DNA of 63,481 bases, the filler included, from Choristocarpus tenellus KU-1152 (taxonomy: Eukaryota; Protista; Phaeophyceae): assembly GCA_964200185.2 (NCBI GenBank). It is 12 parts of 12 records of this genome, joined end to end, with 100 filler letters (N's around TTAATTAATTAA, not from the genome) between each part and the next. Parts side by side here need not be neighbours in the genome. Positions count along the whole stretch, not along the records: positions 8,700 to 24,495 come from CAXNAD020000925.1; positions 24,596 to 27,854 come from CAXNAD020021213.1; 10 more parts are not named here. The stretch is one strand, 5' to 3'. The notes under the pieces were generated by a model, which did no database searches, was not told where the DNA came from, and saw nothing but the letters and a program-made list of their open reading frames with translations. Below are positions 11,752 through 24,675 of the stretch, piece after piece (the first letter of the stretch is position 1; each line of letters starts with the position of its first letter). The translations under genes were made by a program, and so were the position numbers.

Positions 11752-14700
11752 TCAGGTGGTCTTGGTCTTGGTCTTGTTCTTGGGCTTGGTGTAGCTCTGG
11801 ATATAGAACTGTGCAAAGAGGAACAGGAGAGATAGAATGTACCCAGCGTATACAGCCACAATGCGCCTGGGGTAGCTCTTGCACCTGCCAATATGGTTTG
11901 CAACGTAGAATCAACCTCAAAAATATCAAGTACTATTGTGGTGGGAAATGGGGGTGGGAGGGGGGTGCCATGAACGGACCAGGCATGATTGCAAGTGTTG
12001 AGTGCATCCTGATCCCAGGGATAGACATGAAAGAATATTCTACAGATGACATGTATGCACCAAATTACTATCACAGTCTCCCTCTCTCCACAGTGCAGTC
12101 TCTTCGCAGTGGTTATACACCCCCTCACAATCTATGCAACCAATAAATCTTGAATTCTATAGCGTGGTTTTCTTTAAAAGTTGACAAGGTAAGCACCACT
12201 ACAATCTTCATAGAAGAGGTCCTTCCTCTACCATACCATCCTAGTCTGGGAATGCCAGAATGACCATTCTTGTGACATTTCAGAAGCCCAAAGTGGACCT
12301 CCGATGCCTATCTTTCCTTGGTGTCTTTCGAAGGGTGAGAGGCTTCCTGTCATCTCAGAACTGTCTCCATCACCAGCAATTGTTCAGTCATGTATTTATA
12401 CAGCAAACCATATGTTGCATATTTCATTTTATTCACACACATAGTTTGCATATTGGAGAGTACCTGCTTCCTAACTTCTGAGTACAAAATAGTGTTCACT
12501 TTTCTTATAATGGAACAAAACATTTCGAAGGAGTCATGAGGTGCTGTACGAGTGACCCCATGTGCAAGAGTAAAAATATGTCTAACATCATGAAAAAAAA
12601 AACTAAACACTTACCCAGTCCCTAGCAGCCAGAAGGCCTGAGTTGCCATGCCCACAAACTGGATCATCTGTACAATCAAGGAAATTAAAGAAAAGAAAAG
12701 AGATGTATAGACCAGAAGACTGGAATTGTGCACGGGAAGATGGGATTATGACTACAATGTTACTTTGCACACTATCTTCATCAAGAATCAGCTACAATGA
12801 AAAGGCCATCTGTAAAAATTGACCTAGAAAAGGGCTCCAGCTAAGTTCCTCAAGTAAAAATTCCAACATGAAAACTAGATCATATTGTTCAATACACTGT
12901 ACAACTCATCATATTTTACAGTCCACATTTCCTGTGAAGGCTTAGTTTTACCCACCTGCATCATGGTCAAGTACTTCTTCCACCAGATATCCCTGGTGTG
13001 CATGCTCACAAAGTAATATGTGTACATCACAGTGTGGATGAATCCATTCAGGGTAACAGTGAAGTAAACATCCCCATCATATCCTGCATTCAAATTTAGC
13101 CAGTAGAACTGACAGATGCATCACACCAAGAGGGAAGTTTTCTCATCATGTCTTGCAATCATGTTCAGAAATGTAGCCATTATCAACAACAGGTTTGTTT
13201 CTGTATCAATAACAACAGTTCAAGATACAGAAAAGTTAAGATTCAATGGAGTATGAACCACACACAAAAATCACACCAAGTTCAAGTCTTGTTGTAAAAA
13301 ATGAGTATCTTCACTGATCATGAATCAGCAAGCTCCTGATTCCGCAAGTAATAAATATGGTGCATTGTACATCACAGACTAATCATCATTTACAACTCCA
13401 CCACGAAATCTAGACTGACCATAAAAATCGTGCAGTGGTGGTACACATGAAGGAAAGATAGCCTCCTCCAGGCCTTGTTGGTGACAATGAACACTGTGTC
13501 CAAGAAATCAAGGATCTGTGCAGCAACCCATCCAATCAGGTCCATACCATTTGCGGGTGGGTGATAAAAGGAAAAAAAACAGATGAGTTGGGCAGGACTG
13601 AGGGGGAAATGTATACATGCGTTCGAGAACAAGATAGCCATAGGGTTATACTACTCTGCACACAAAAAATAGCGAATGGGTGATTTGGGAGAAGGAACCA
13701 AACACAAAGATTAGGATATGGCATTGCACAGAGGGGGAAGTCAATGGCTTGATGAAACATGGAAGCATGGTCACTTTTTGAAAATCTGATTAGAGATCGA
13801 CACATTTCCCTTGCAGTTAAATTAACTAAAGAGTATAGACAAAACATGACAAGCAAAGAGTCTATTCTGAACCAACAGTCAAAGTCTTCATTATGACCTA
13901 TTAATGTCTCAGGTGGACATCAATCCAGGTCAAAAAGCATATACATATGCCAACTTTTAACATCTTCAAATTGGATATGGCCGTCTTCACTAAAGTTCAA
14001 CAACCAGAAGGCAAGAAAGGGAAAGATCATACTCTTCTGACACAGTTTCCGTCTGACTCGAAGTCGTTTTTCTCCAGTAATCAATAATCCTGCAAAAAGT
14101 AATATATTTTGTGTGTTGTTTGTTCAAGTATGTTTGTCAGTAAGACACGCGAGTTCAAACACTATCTACCTTACATTTTTTTTACATAACTCATATGTAC
14201 AAAAGCAGCATAGAAAATGTACCAAGTGCATTCAACATTTACTTAGCACTTCACATTGCCTGTGGTCCAGGAAAAAGTAGTCATTGAAAGTTGGTACACC
14301 TGATCAGCCAATGTAGGGAAGAAGACATACATACAGCTTCATTATAGGAAAGGGAATCCTACATACGAATTTGACATGTTACAGATCCTGATAATCCTCA
14401 AACACTATATCAGAATCTGTATCAACTAATCAAAGACAGTGAGGGAGGGTCTAGGAATGGGGAACTATTGACTACTCCATGAATTTTGTTCATTGCTGTG
14501 GGATCGACGAGAGTTCTCAGACTTGACAACTATAGTATAGTGTAGGGGGAAAGTGAGCCATAGATTATTTATTTTGCTCACTTTCAGAAACACCTGAAGG
14601 TGTTTAGCACTACCCTGGCAGTCCCAACTGAAAACAATTAGAACAACTGCCACTATCTTACAGTCCCCTCCTACAAACGCCAGGTCTTTTCAGGCCAAAC

Positions 14701-15830
14701 CATGCTTAATAATAGGAGAAAGAATGTGAATTCAATGTCATTGGAAGAATACAAGATACGTAAAGGTCATTTACCTTCGAAATGTAGAACAACCACAATA
14801 CATTGGCCACAGGAGGATTGGAATAGTTGAAGGGGTTGCAGGGGACAATGCTGTATCCCTGACGATAAGCAAGAACTGTTGCCTCCACACACATGTATGA
14901 ACAAAGGACAACCTGCAAGGTTAAGGAGGTTGAAGTTGAGGTCGGGGTTGTGATGTAAATAGATACTGCCCACAAGGATTGCTGTTTTGTCCTGGAGGAC
15001 CCTGTGCAACGAGTCGACCCCTCCATAGCAACAAATAGTATGAACAAGTGCCCTAAAACTTGAAATTCTTCTGTCACTTGTTAAAAATGGAGTACCATGT
15101 GGAGGAAAAGTCAAATATCCTACAACTCTTCTATCTACAATTCAGCGTGGCTACTGTACTTTTCAAACTGAATTGGACCACTCAATAACAGTATGGGACA
15201 GACGAAGGGAAAGGACCGAGAGCAAACCATTACGAAAGGTACAAGAGCGTACGATCCTTGTGCTGCGTGTAACAGCTCCATATAAGTAACTAGATATGCT
15301 TTGCAGGCAGCATCTTGCACTCTTGTCCACAGCAGGAAATTGACTGGGTAGGGCTGGTGCCAACTGGTAGTGTCCTTAGATTGAAAACCATTAATGACAC
15401 TGTAACTCAACATACCACATGTTGGCCAGGCATTGCACACCTGAACCATATTGTAAACAAACTGGATCGGATAAGTTCCCACTGCTTGCTGCTTCTCCAT
15501 CACCACTCGTCCCACCACCACAAACATGAGGTACGCCACCATAATGGCCAGGGCAGACGAGAAGTCTGCGAGAGGCCAATCCTGAGAAAAAATAAGGGCC
15601 AAGCTCATGTGAAGCAGCGGAATTGCGGGTCAAGGGATATTCGCCGATGACATTTTTGTGAGTAGAAATGGTATCAACAATTGAGAGAGCAGAGTGATTC
15701 TGTATCATAGTGTGTGGCTGAGAGGTCTAACCTTTGTCGGGCCTACGGGCTGCCCGTCCCTTGCCCATTCAAGGATGATGTCTCCCACTCCATTTGCCCA
15801 GTCCTTGTAAGACGTCAGCAAGCTCGACAT
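11752..15830 (-). CDS. ELO: Fatty-acid elongase, GNS1/SUR4 (ELO) family, probably PUFA-type; 7 exons, 270 aa
   Basis: Exons 15830-15732, 15581-15441, 14912-14775, 13515-13420, 13108-12956, 12667-12615, 11884-11752; all GT-AG and in phase (813 nt). Motifs KILDFLDT, SFLHVYHH, NGFIHTVMYTYY, TMMQMIQF, and C-terminal KTKTT. Confidence 0.95.
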
Positions 15831-18800
15831 CTGGGAGTGATGCGTAGGAAAGGAGGTTCGTGTGGGATTATATAGAGAAACAAAACATGAGGAGTGCAAT
15901 ATTTTTCAGTAGCATGCTGATATGCAAGAACAAGCGATGTTTCTTTGGGTGCAGAGAAGAGAGCTCAATACAGAGATAATGACGCAAGCAAAGGCTCAAC
16001 AAACACTAAGGGATCAGGATGGAGAGCAGTCGAGACAGAGGAAGAAGTTTAGGTCACTTGATCAAATTATATATTCCTGCACGTTTCATGTATCGTATGG
16101 GAAGGAAGACGATTAATATTTCGAACTTTGCTAATGGAATCTGATTCTCATGTCTTACACGTTGATATTGCGTGCGAGCAAGCGACTCACCTTTACCCTC
16201 AACTGGCAAAGTCTTGCTTACGTTTGCGACGAGGTTTGTACCACAAGCCTTGTAAAATTGGATCAGGATGGGCAATATATAAATCGGAGGGATATCGAAG
16301 TTCACATAATAATGAATTCATTAGACAGACAACTACTACTACTACTGTTTTACTTAACCAGATGAAGTAAACACATTATATAATCCATCATTCATAATTA
16401 GTTAACTGTAAGTAAAATGAAAACAAGACTGGAGAAGGTTGATCAAATGGGATCAGGTAAGTCATTTTTATGTCATATCTCGACGTAGGTCCGTCTATGA
16501 CCTGGTGTAGACACACACATTTATGACGGTCCTGCACCAGTATTCCTAACCAGGTTTCTCCACCGCGAATCTGCTGTGTGATCTGTTTTGAATCTCCCAA
16601 ATTTCTACATAATATTCTATGTTACTGCCAGACCGACTTGGCTAGTCAAGATATTTCGGGCACACCCCCACGTTGCCCAAAATACCTTTGGTAAAAACTT
16701 TTGTTTGAACGCCTTTACTCTGCACACAATCATACACATCAAGTGATAGTATTGTTCATACTATTGCAATCAACTCAAAGTTGAACTGGGCAATTTACCA
16801 TCTATGTTACATCATGCATCGACTGACTGCATGACAGTCCAGTTACAATCTTCAACGAGCCTGAACTAACTGACCATGTTTTAGAGGGTTGGTCTAAGGT
16901 CTGGTCTGGTTTGCAGACCTTCACGATCCCAGACCAGCCCAGGAAGGCAGTGGTACAACATAGTAGTGAAACAACAAATAGATTAGTGTTTCTCACATTT
17001 GTGACATATTTTACTTCTTTAGGGTTTATACTGATACGTGATACTATATATTGATAGTAGTACAATTGTAGTAGAGGGAAGTGACCTTGTAGTAACTGGT
17101 CAAACATAATATATTTCAGAACAGCCTGACTGGTGCAAGATTGTTGTAGAACTACTGCTACTGACTGATGAAACAGAGGAGAGCAGGACATACTTTGGAT
17201 CCTGACTGAATAAAAACTGGGTACTTTGAGACAAGTCTACGTTGAGATTCATTTACGGCCAATGAGTGTCCACCACAGGTTAGTATGGTAGAGACATGTA
17301 TTTCAGCAATTGGAGATCTAAGGCCATTAGTGCTGAGCGTCTAAGATTTTTCTATGGCTACTCAATGTTCACATTCAATCATTCAACAATCTCGGTAAAT
17401 ATTATGAAACTGTAGACTGGAGTAGATATTCAAAACCCACCATGTTCAGTAAGTAGATACTACACAAGGTATTATATAGTATAAAATTGATAGTGCGTAT
17501 CATTATTTCATTTTATAGACAGCTCTACAGAAATAGATAAGCTTGCCTGTCCAGACAAAATCCAACTCCTACATTGTAACACTCATGGTATGCGAATAAG
17601 TCCTCTCTTAGGATGTCCAAGAAACGTGTGCTGTCTGTACTGTCCCAATCCTCATGAGTCCCAGGTACTGAGCAGTCCTTTTTTCAATATATGTGATGAC
17701 CTTGTGTAAGATCCAGTAGACCAGATGGGTCAACCTAATCATTGCTATTTGTTACATCTCATGTCCAATTCTTGCCAGGTTATGCCTTTCCTCAACTACA
17801 ACCAGAAACTTATTTCCATTAAAAAAAAATTGAGATTGGTGTCACTGATTTAAGGATGTCTTTGTCTCATTAGAGGTATGCAGCATACATTTTATATTTC
17901 TCTCGCGTGAATCTTATATTCATTTGAATAAATAGAGCTCACCCATACATAACTTGTTTTCAGGCTAAAACATATTTAGAACAATCTCGAGCTATGGATT
18001 GGAGAACTCATCATCTAGAGAACATTATTTGACCACACCGATATTTACCATACCAAACTTCATACCAAGTGTTAGTCTTTCAATCATTTGTAACATTACC
18101 TATGACCAAATCTTTGGTCAATGACATGTCAACAACTACTACACCTTCAACTGATGGAGGAAACTTAAGACTCTGACCCACCAAAACTCAACGTGTTGAA
18201 AACTCGTGACAAAAAATTTGACTATATGGAGCTCCATGAAGATTATGTAGCTCTTATTACACAAGCTCATTGCCATAGAGTGGTTCGGATAAATATGATA
18301 TATAAAGGGTAAATTAGATTGGGCTTATCATCTGGCACATGATTAGATCATTTTCATGCACAAAAAAAAAGGGTAGCAGAGTCTCCTGCTGATTGCACTC
18401 TGAAGGGATGTTGCAATATCAAAAAACAAACAACCTGCAGTGCTATAACATCCAAAAATAGAAATTATGCAAAAATATGAAAAATCATCACTTCAGGGAG
18501 AGTTTAAAAACGACTGGTCTTCCAAACATTTGAAAATACACTTCTGCCTCTCTCCTGGCATGACCGGAAATCTGAGTCTCACTGGATCCTTTCGTATAGT
18601 GTTTTCCCCTTGACCTAGAGTGGTTTGCACTTTCATTTATTCTGGAAAAGTCAAACTTCTCATCAACAGTAGATGAACTGGCAGTACCCAATACTATTTG
18701 TCTTACACTACAGTCCTATGATAAGTGAACATGAGCGGGAAAGGTATGGTGAGTGCAAAGGATCAGATTAGGATGCATGGTCCTAATTTATACTTGCGTT

Positions 18801-19483
18801 ATTTTGGACATGGCCAGGATAGCCTGTAACTTTCGTGTAATTCTAATTCGGCAACCAAAAATCATTGTTATTCCAGTCCATGAAGGATTCCAGGAAAAAA
18901 ACAAGGCAAAGTGAGTGGGAAGAGAAAGGGTTGGGCAATCAAAATAACATTACCAAGTGAGATCAACCGCACACCGTGGAAGAGCAAAGAAAGAGTTGAA
19001 AGAGAGCATAGATTAATATAATGTCTGGTGGGCGCCTGGACGTATCAACAGTCATCACCATTCAGATGGGCAAAAAAACAATACTATGCAAGCATTTTGC
19101 AAACTCTTTGCTTCTCAATTTATAGTGGTCACCATACCACTTGCGCACGTGAGAAATGAGGGAATAAGCATAATTCGAAATGGAAAAGAGGGGTGCACTA
19201 CTGCAATTCTTCATACACTACTACTGTGGTGCACTTCGACAATCAAAGGATTAAACAACTAAGCAACAAGTTCACCAATTGAAAACACAGCGATGCATGA
19301 CTGCTGTGATGCATGACTGCTCAAGTCGAACAAACCATCTCCAAAATCGGGGTACACGTCAGACGCAGTATCACATATTGGTAGGGAAAAAAGATCCATC
19401 ACTGGTACCACGCATGGAACATAAGACAACCAATGCGTCTCTACTTACCAGGTGTAGCCTGGGAATGGGTCAATTGGTAAGAT

Positions 19484-20038
19484 TTAATAGGGAACTTGAT
19501 CTCCTTCTACAGAATTTTGATCTCCACCTTCTTCCGACTGCCTCAAACCATCCATGATCTCGATCTCACGATCCACTGATGCAATCATTGACTTGAGTCT
19601 CTTCCACTGGGGAACTGTCAGAGAAATCCCCTTCTTCAGTGCCATCGCATCACCCAAATCCCCCAAGAAGAACTGCCTAATATCCACGATAGTAGTACCA
19701 TTGAAGTTCCTAACAGTAACCCGCCTATTTTGTGACAGCGTAAACTCGCCCCCGTCAGGGAACACCTGTTTTGACGCTTCATAGGACTGTCCAGAATTAT
19801 CTGTATATCTTATTTTCCCCCTTTGGTCCTGGTCCTGCGATGGATATGTAGTTAGATATGCTGTGTTCTGGTGCTCTGGTGCGCGCTCAGAAGTATTTGA
19901 AATGCCATTCCAGAAGTCCTTGTCACTGTTCCCTCCTGAGACAGACGAAAATGAATCACGTCCATAAACCCACACACCTTCATTTCTCCTGGAAATAATC
20001 TTTACCCCACCTTGCATCGATCTCATTAGGTAATTCAT
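19484..20038 (-). CDS. PC4/SUB1 (p15) ssDNA-binding domain protein with N-terminal extension
   Basis: FTLSQNRRVTVRNFNGTTIVDIRQFF...KKGISLTVPQWKRLK is the PC4 signature. The ORF is open back to 20248; ATG 20038 was chosen because earlier starts overlap the opposite-strand gene. Confidence 0.85.
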   Translation of the reverse strand: MNYLMRSMQGGVKIISRRNEGVWVYGRDSFSSVSGGNSDKDFWNGISNTSERAPEHQNTAYLTTYPSQDQDQRGKIRYTDNSGQSYEASKQVFPDGGEFTLSQNRRVTVRNFNGTTIVDIRQFFLGDLGDAMALKKGISLTVPQWKRLKSMIASVDREIEIMDGLRQSEEGGDQNSVEGDQVPY

Positions 20039-20147
20039 TTCACAACACACTTTCGTCTCTATCTCTTGAGCTCTCTTAGCTTCAACCCTTTTTACACCAG
20101 ACACCACTGTCACCTTCACCAATTTTGTATGGGGGATTCTACGGAAT

Positions 20148-23100
20148 ATGGCGTCGGTCGATTTTGAAACTGACCGCACCTTACGATCGTCTCCATGCCT
20201 CAAACACACAACCCACACAACCCGCTGCACCATGGCCGATCTCCACATTCAGTGCACGGTCACAGCATTGCAGGGATCGATGATTGGACCCGCGGATGAC
20301 AGCGACTCGTCAGTTTCCACCGTGGCAGTAGACGAAGATCCAGACAACCCACACATCCACCTGACTGCAGATACACACGCAATTGGTTTGCAGGAAAGGG
20401 AGGATTTCGAGAGTGTGGTGCACAATGATACACACATGAAACAAGTAAAAAACAATGGAATAGTCGACTGGGCTACGATCTTAAGCAAAAGCAAAGATGA
20501 CTTGACGACAGGGTCAAGTATTGATCATCATACATCATCGCCAAGGGTAAGCATGAGCGACCGGACGGCATCAAATCTCAGCGGGACTAACGTTTTTGGC
20601 ATTGCCTATAAGCCCGCTCATCGACCTTCGAAGGGCGTGCATCACTTCGAGGGACCTAGCTTCCAGGATGAGCACGAATTTGAAATGGAAATGGGGAAAG
20701 AGTTCTTGATGGCTGCGACAAGGCCCCAATGTGATGAATGGAATTTATCTACCGCAGCAGATTTTTCTCGAGGGGGTGAAAGAGGGAGTAGGATCGACGG
20801 GCAAGCGAATTTTATTCGGACTGAATATCGCGATAAGGTATTGTGGAGAAACGTCTTTTAATCACATTGCCCGAGTGTTGCACTGCCTGCAAGCTAACGT
20901 GAAGCTTGTGTGGAGAGAATTTCTGCTCTTTGACCCCCAATTGACCTGCAAAGGTCATATCTTGATTCAGATCACCTATGGATCATTTTGGCCAAGTGGT
21001 ATAAGGCATTTGGAACTTCAAGAAAAACTTAAATGTGAACGATCAGGAAGAGAAAATGATTCTCCCTTGATTGTGCAGCAAGAGTAGCAACCAATATATG
21101 CTCATGTTGTTTACTCATAACAACTCCAGAGGCGTCTCTGACAAGGCATCTAGCATTTTTTCATTGCAACAGAGGTACTGACAACATCAGCCCATCCTGG
21201 AATAACAGTGTGAGAAAGTGGAAAATGAAGAGGTAGTTCACCCACTGCCAACCACAAACATGCATGGAGTGCCAACAAAAGTTGATAAAAACCAATCGCC
21301 TGAAGGTCAGCCTGGCCATCAAAGCAGTGATTCTCAGGTACCTGACATGGTTGTCAAAGCTATTTCCAACAATTCCAATAAGTTGAAGGTGTGGAATGAG
21401 CACAATTGATGTACACCACTAATTGTGCCATCATCTTCATACCCCATTATCCCATGTGGAACATTGAGTTTCCTTTTAAGGTTTGGGTGCCCCAATGCCA
21501 ATAGAAATATTGTTTTGATTTTGTCAGGATGGAGAAAATATACCCCTTTATGAGGGCTTGAGTATCCTGGGGGGGTTGAAGGAACAGTGGACTGCAATTG
21601 AGGAAGAGAATGAAGAGGAGGAGGAGGTATGCTTAGAGCAGCAAGAGCTGATAGAGCATAAGCAGAGAGAACATGAACATTCTACAGTGCAACAGGAGTG
21701 GAAAGCAATTGAGGAGGTATGATGTTGAAACTCCATGAAACTTCTGAAACTTTATATTGCGTTGCAAGCAACAAACGTTGCTTCGGTAAGAGAAGAAAAT
21801 AGCATGGGAACAATCCTTTTCTCACATGCAAGCAAATAATCTCCATTCGGAAGCTACAAGCTGTGGAGGCATCTGAGCCAAAGATAGAAGGTGTGGGTGG
21901 CACCATACAGACTCGGCCTCAAGGCAGCAAAAGAGAAGACGTCAGCACCATGGATGCATTGGAATATTTTCGATCACAGGTAGAGCATACATTGATACAT
22001 TAGAATACTGTGAATATTGGAGAATGTTTCTCTATCCCCCTTTCACAGTACCTTACACCTTGTTTGGTGTATACACCACACCTTCTCACTCTCTGTCTCT
22101 GTCACCACCTCAAAGCATCCCAGGGGCTGTTGGACATTACTGGGCTTACTGTGCAAATTTGAGAGACGATTTCATGTTGTTGCAATGATAGGGTCTTACC
22201 AAGATAAATTCTATGCGGTAATTGGAAAGAGTAAAACAAAATAATATTGAAACGCAATATGATCAGTGGGAAGGGTTGGAGATGTGTATGAAAGGTGACA
22301 GTTTTACAATGCAATGTCAAAGTTGTTGCACCGATCCAATGGTATTTATTGAACGTACTCATATACTCTCCCCTACTCTCTTGATCTTAGCATTCCTCCA
22401 CATAGCTTGAGCTAAGATTGAAGTGCCTTTGAAAAGAAAATGATCCTAAGAAATACCGTAAGCCCTGAGGGCAGTTTTTGTGGGATGAGATCACTAAGCC
22501 CAAGCTGCAAGTTTACTTACCCTGAATAATTTGTTGCTCCTAATCATAATTTCTTTCATTTTGTGGAAGACTGGTGCAACACTATCTGTACCAATATATG
22601 TATATATACAAATGTACATACCTACAATTGACCCCGTTGAGTGATGACCTGGAAGCTACTGTGTCAAAGTAAATGAGAGGTCCCCAGTGTTTGCATTTTA
22701 ATATGATGCTGACAAATATGCACAAATTGTGTCAAAAATTCTCAAACAATAGTGAAACTGACACTCAAAAGTAAAAGTTAGCACTTCATGCATAAGAATG
22801 TGGGTGAATTACAAAAAACGGTCAAAAACTGGGTACCTCTTGTTTACTTTGGCTCGCTGCATACAGAGTGACTTGACTGACTCTAAGATCTATTTGGTAC
22901 AGACCACCTTGCCTACAATTCCAATTCACTTCTTTGGTCTCAAATTGACAACAAAAGACACACTATTTTCATATATAACCCTAATCCTAATCAATGAACA
23001 TCCTGGGTACTCCACACAACACTGTTAAAAGCGTTAGTATTGTTAGTGTGTTTGCTGCATTCTATACTCTGCGCTGTATACTGCGTAACACTTTGTTGAA

Positions 23101-23868
23101 TGTTTTCCTCTTCACATAATACACCTCTCACATCAATTCAGGATCTAGGTATCTGCAAATCAACCACCAACCCGACGAACTCGGACAAACACCATGCTAG
23201 AGCTCTGTTTGGAAGGGGAAAGGTCTTCAAAGTGCCTGGTGAACATGTCTCCAGGGATGAAGTCTTTCTAATAGCTCAGGTGTAGTGCTTGTTGTTGTAA
23301 CCAGGTTGAAGAACAACCGAAAACAATCCACCATTTGTTCAGATGCTGTCGTGATCTGCAACCTGAAATCTCCAAACACAGATCCACTACAATCCAGCAG
23401 AGTCCTTCCATCGCGAACTCATCCAAACAACGTACAAAAGACTCACACATAACAAGCGAGGATGCCCAGATGAGGGAGGGCACTGGACAACTGTGGGATT
23501 CCGAGGGAGAGACCCCAGCACTGATCTCAATGACTCGCATGGCATTTTTTCCTTGCTGCAGGTGATGCCATACGACTGGGATTCACTGAGAGTAGTAAGT
23601 GCTTTATGCTGAAAAATGCCCCTATTCAACAAATTCTCCAATTATCTGTTGCTAGTCAGTGTCCTTGTGGAGGAGAAATAACTCTATTGGTACTATAATC
23701 CATTCATGTATTGCTGCATTAATAACACAACCTGCTGTGGTGGGGTTGTGGATGCAGGTGTTGCACTTCCTAGAGTCCCAGCCAAGTCTTGTGAACAAAC
23801 TGTACAGACTGTCGCTGGCATTGGACACAGGCTGGCCTTTCATGTGTGTCAGCATCGACTTCACCAAG
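20148..23868 (+). CDS. ELMO-domain protein, ELMOD3-like, long acidic N-terminus, 3' end missing
   Basis: Exons 20148-20837, 21209-21388, 21528-21716, 21833-21979, 23142-23279, 23382-23561, 23758-23868, all phase 0 GT-AG (the first four are less certain). ELMO motifs QEWKAI, DALEYFRSQDL, RDEVFLIAQ, IQTTYKRLT..C...GHWTTVGFRGRDPSTDL and WPFMCVSIDFT. Confidence 0.85.
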
Positions 23869-24595
23869 GTGATTTACATGTGTGATTTTCATGTGTGTCA
23901 TCATCAATTTAAAGAAGAGAATCACTCTTTTTAGTGAAACTCTTCACGCAATGATCTTTCCCGAGTAAATTAATAAATTATTTTTTAAAATCCCTGTGCA
24001 TATTAGTAGCACCAGGTGACATTAATTTAGGGATGTAGTTGTGAATCATTGACATGGTGTTGATATGGGTGAGTTGCACCAGAGGTAGTTAACATTGGAA
24101 AGAGAGGGATTAGACCCAAATACTTTTTTGTTGCACATAGACTGTGTTGTCAGCTTGAACCTTCCTCCCAGTTTCCCACACTGCTCTCAGTGATTTGCAC
24201 ACTCCTACACACACATATCAATTCTACTCAAGCTCGTTAAAGCTATTTAAGTAGGATACTTTACACTCACTAAACCTTATGATTCACAATGCCAGTAATA
24301 TTAACTGTATACATTATACGCACAACTAATACATTAGTACCAACAGTTGTATACATAATGTTTTAATTGCATACTGCAATGGGATAAAGATAACCACCTG
24401 TCAACAGATTGCTCATGCTATTACCAATACTCTGCTGCCATGCTATTACCACCCCCCCCACCCCCCCCGCCCCCGCACAAGGAAATTCAAAATACNNNNN
24501 NNNNNNNNNNNNNNNNNNNNNNNNNNNNNNNNNNNNNNNTTAATTAATTAANNNNNNNNNNNNNNNNNNNNNNNNNNNNNNNNNNNNNNNNNNNN

Positions 24596-24675
24596 GCCAA
24601 AATTACATCAAAATCGCAACATTGGATTTTGACCCCCAAATGGACAAGGCTCTACCCTCTAAGATACTTTGGTTC
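24596..24675 (-). mobile_element. MITE family A, partial at contig start
   Basis: gccaaaattacatcaaaatcgcaacattgg...taccctctaagatactttggttc. Confidence 0.88.

Noticed and set aside
11595-12146. 183-aa + strand ORF
   Set aside because: Antisense shadow of the last elongase exon and its flanks; no motif of its own.
23142-23279. TPR-like reading of ARALFGRGKVFK
   Set aside because: The exon splices in phase into the ELMO-domain gene and fits the ELMOD3-like N-terminal segment better.
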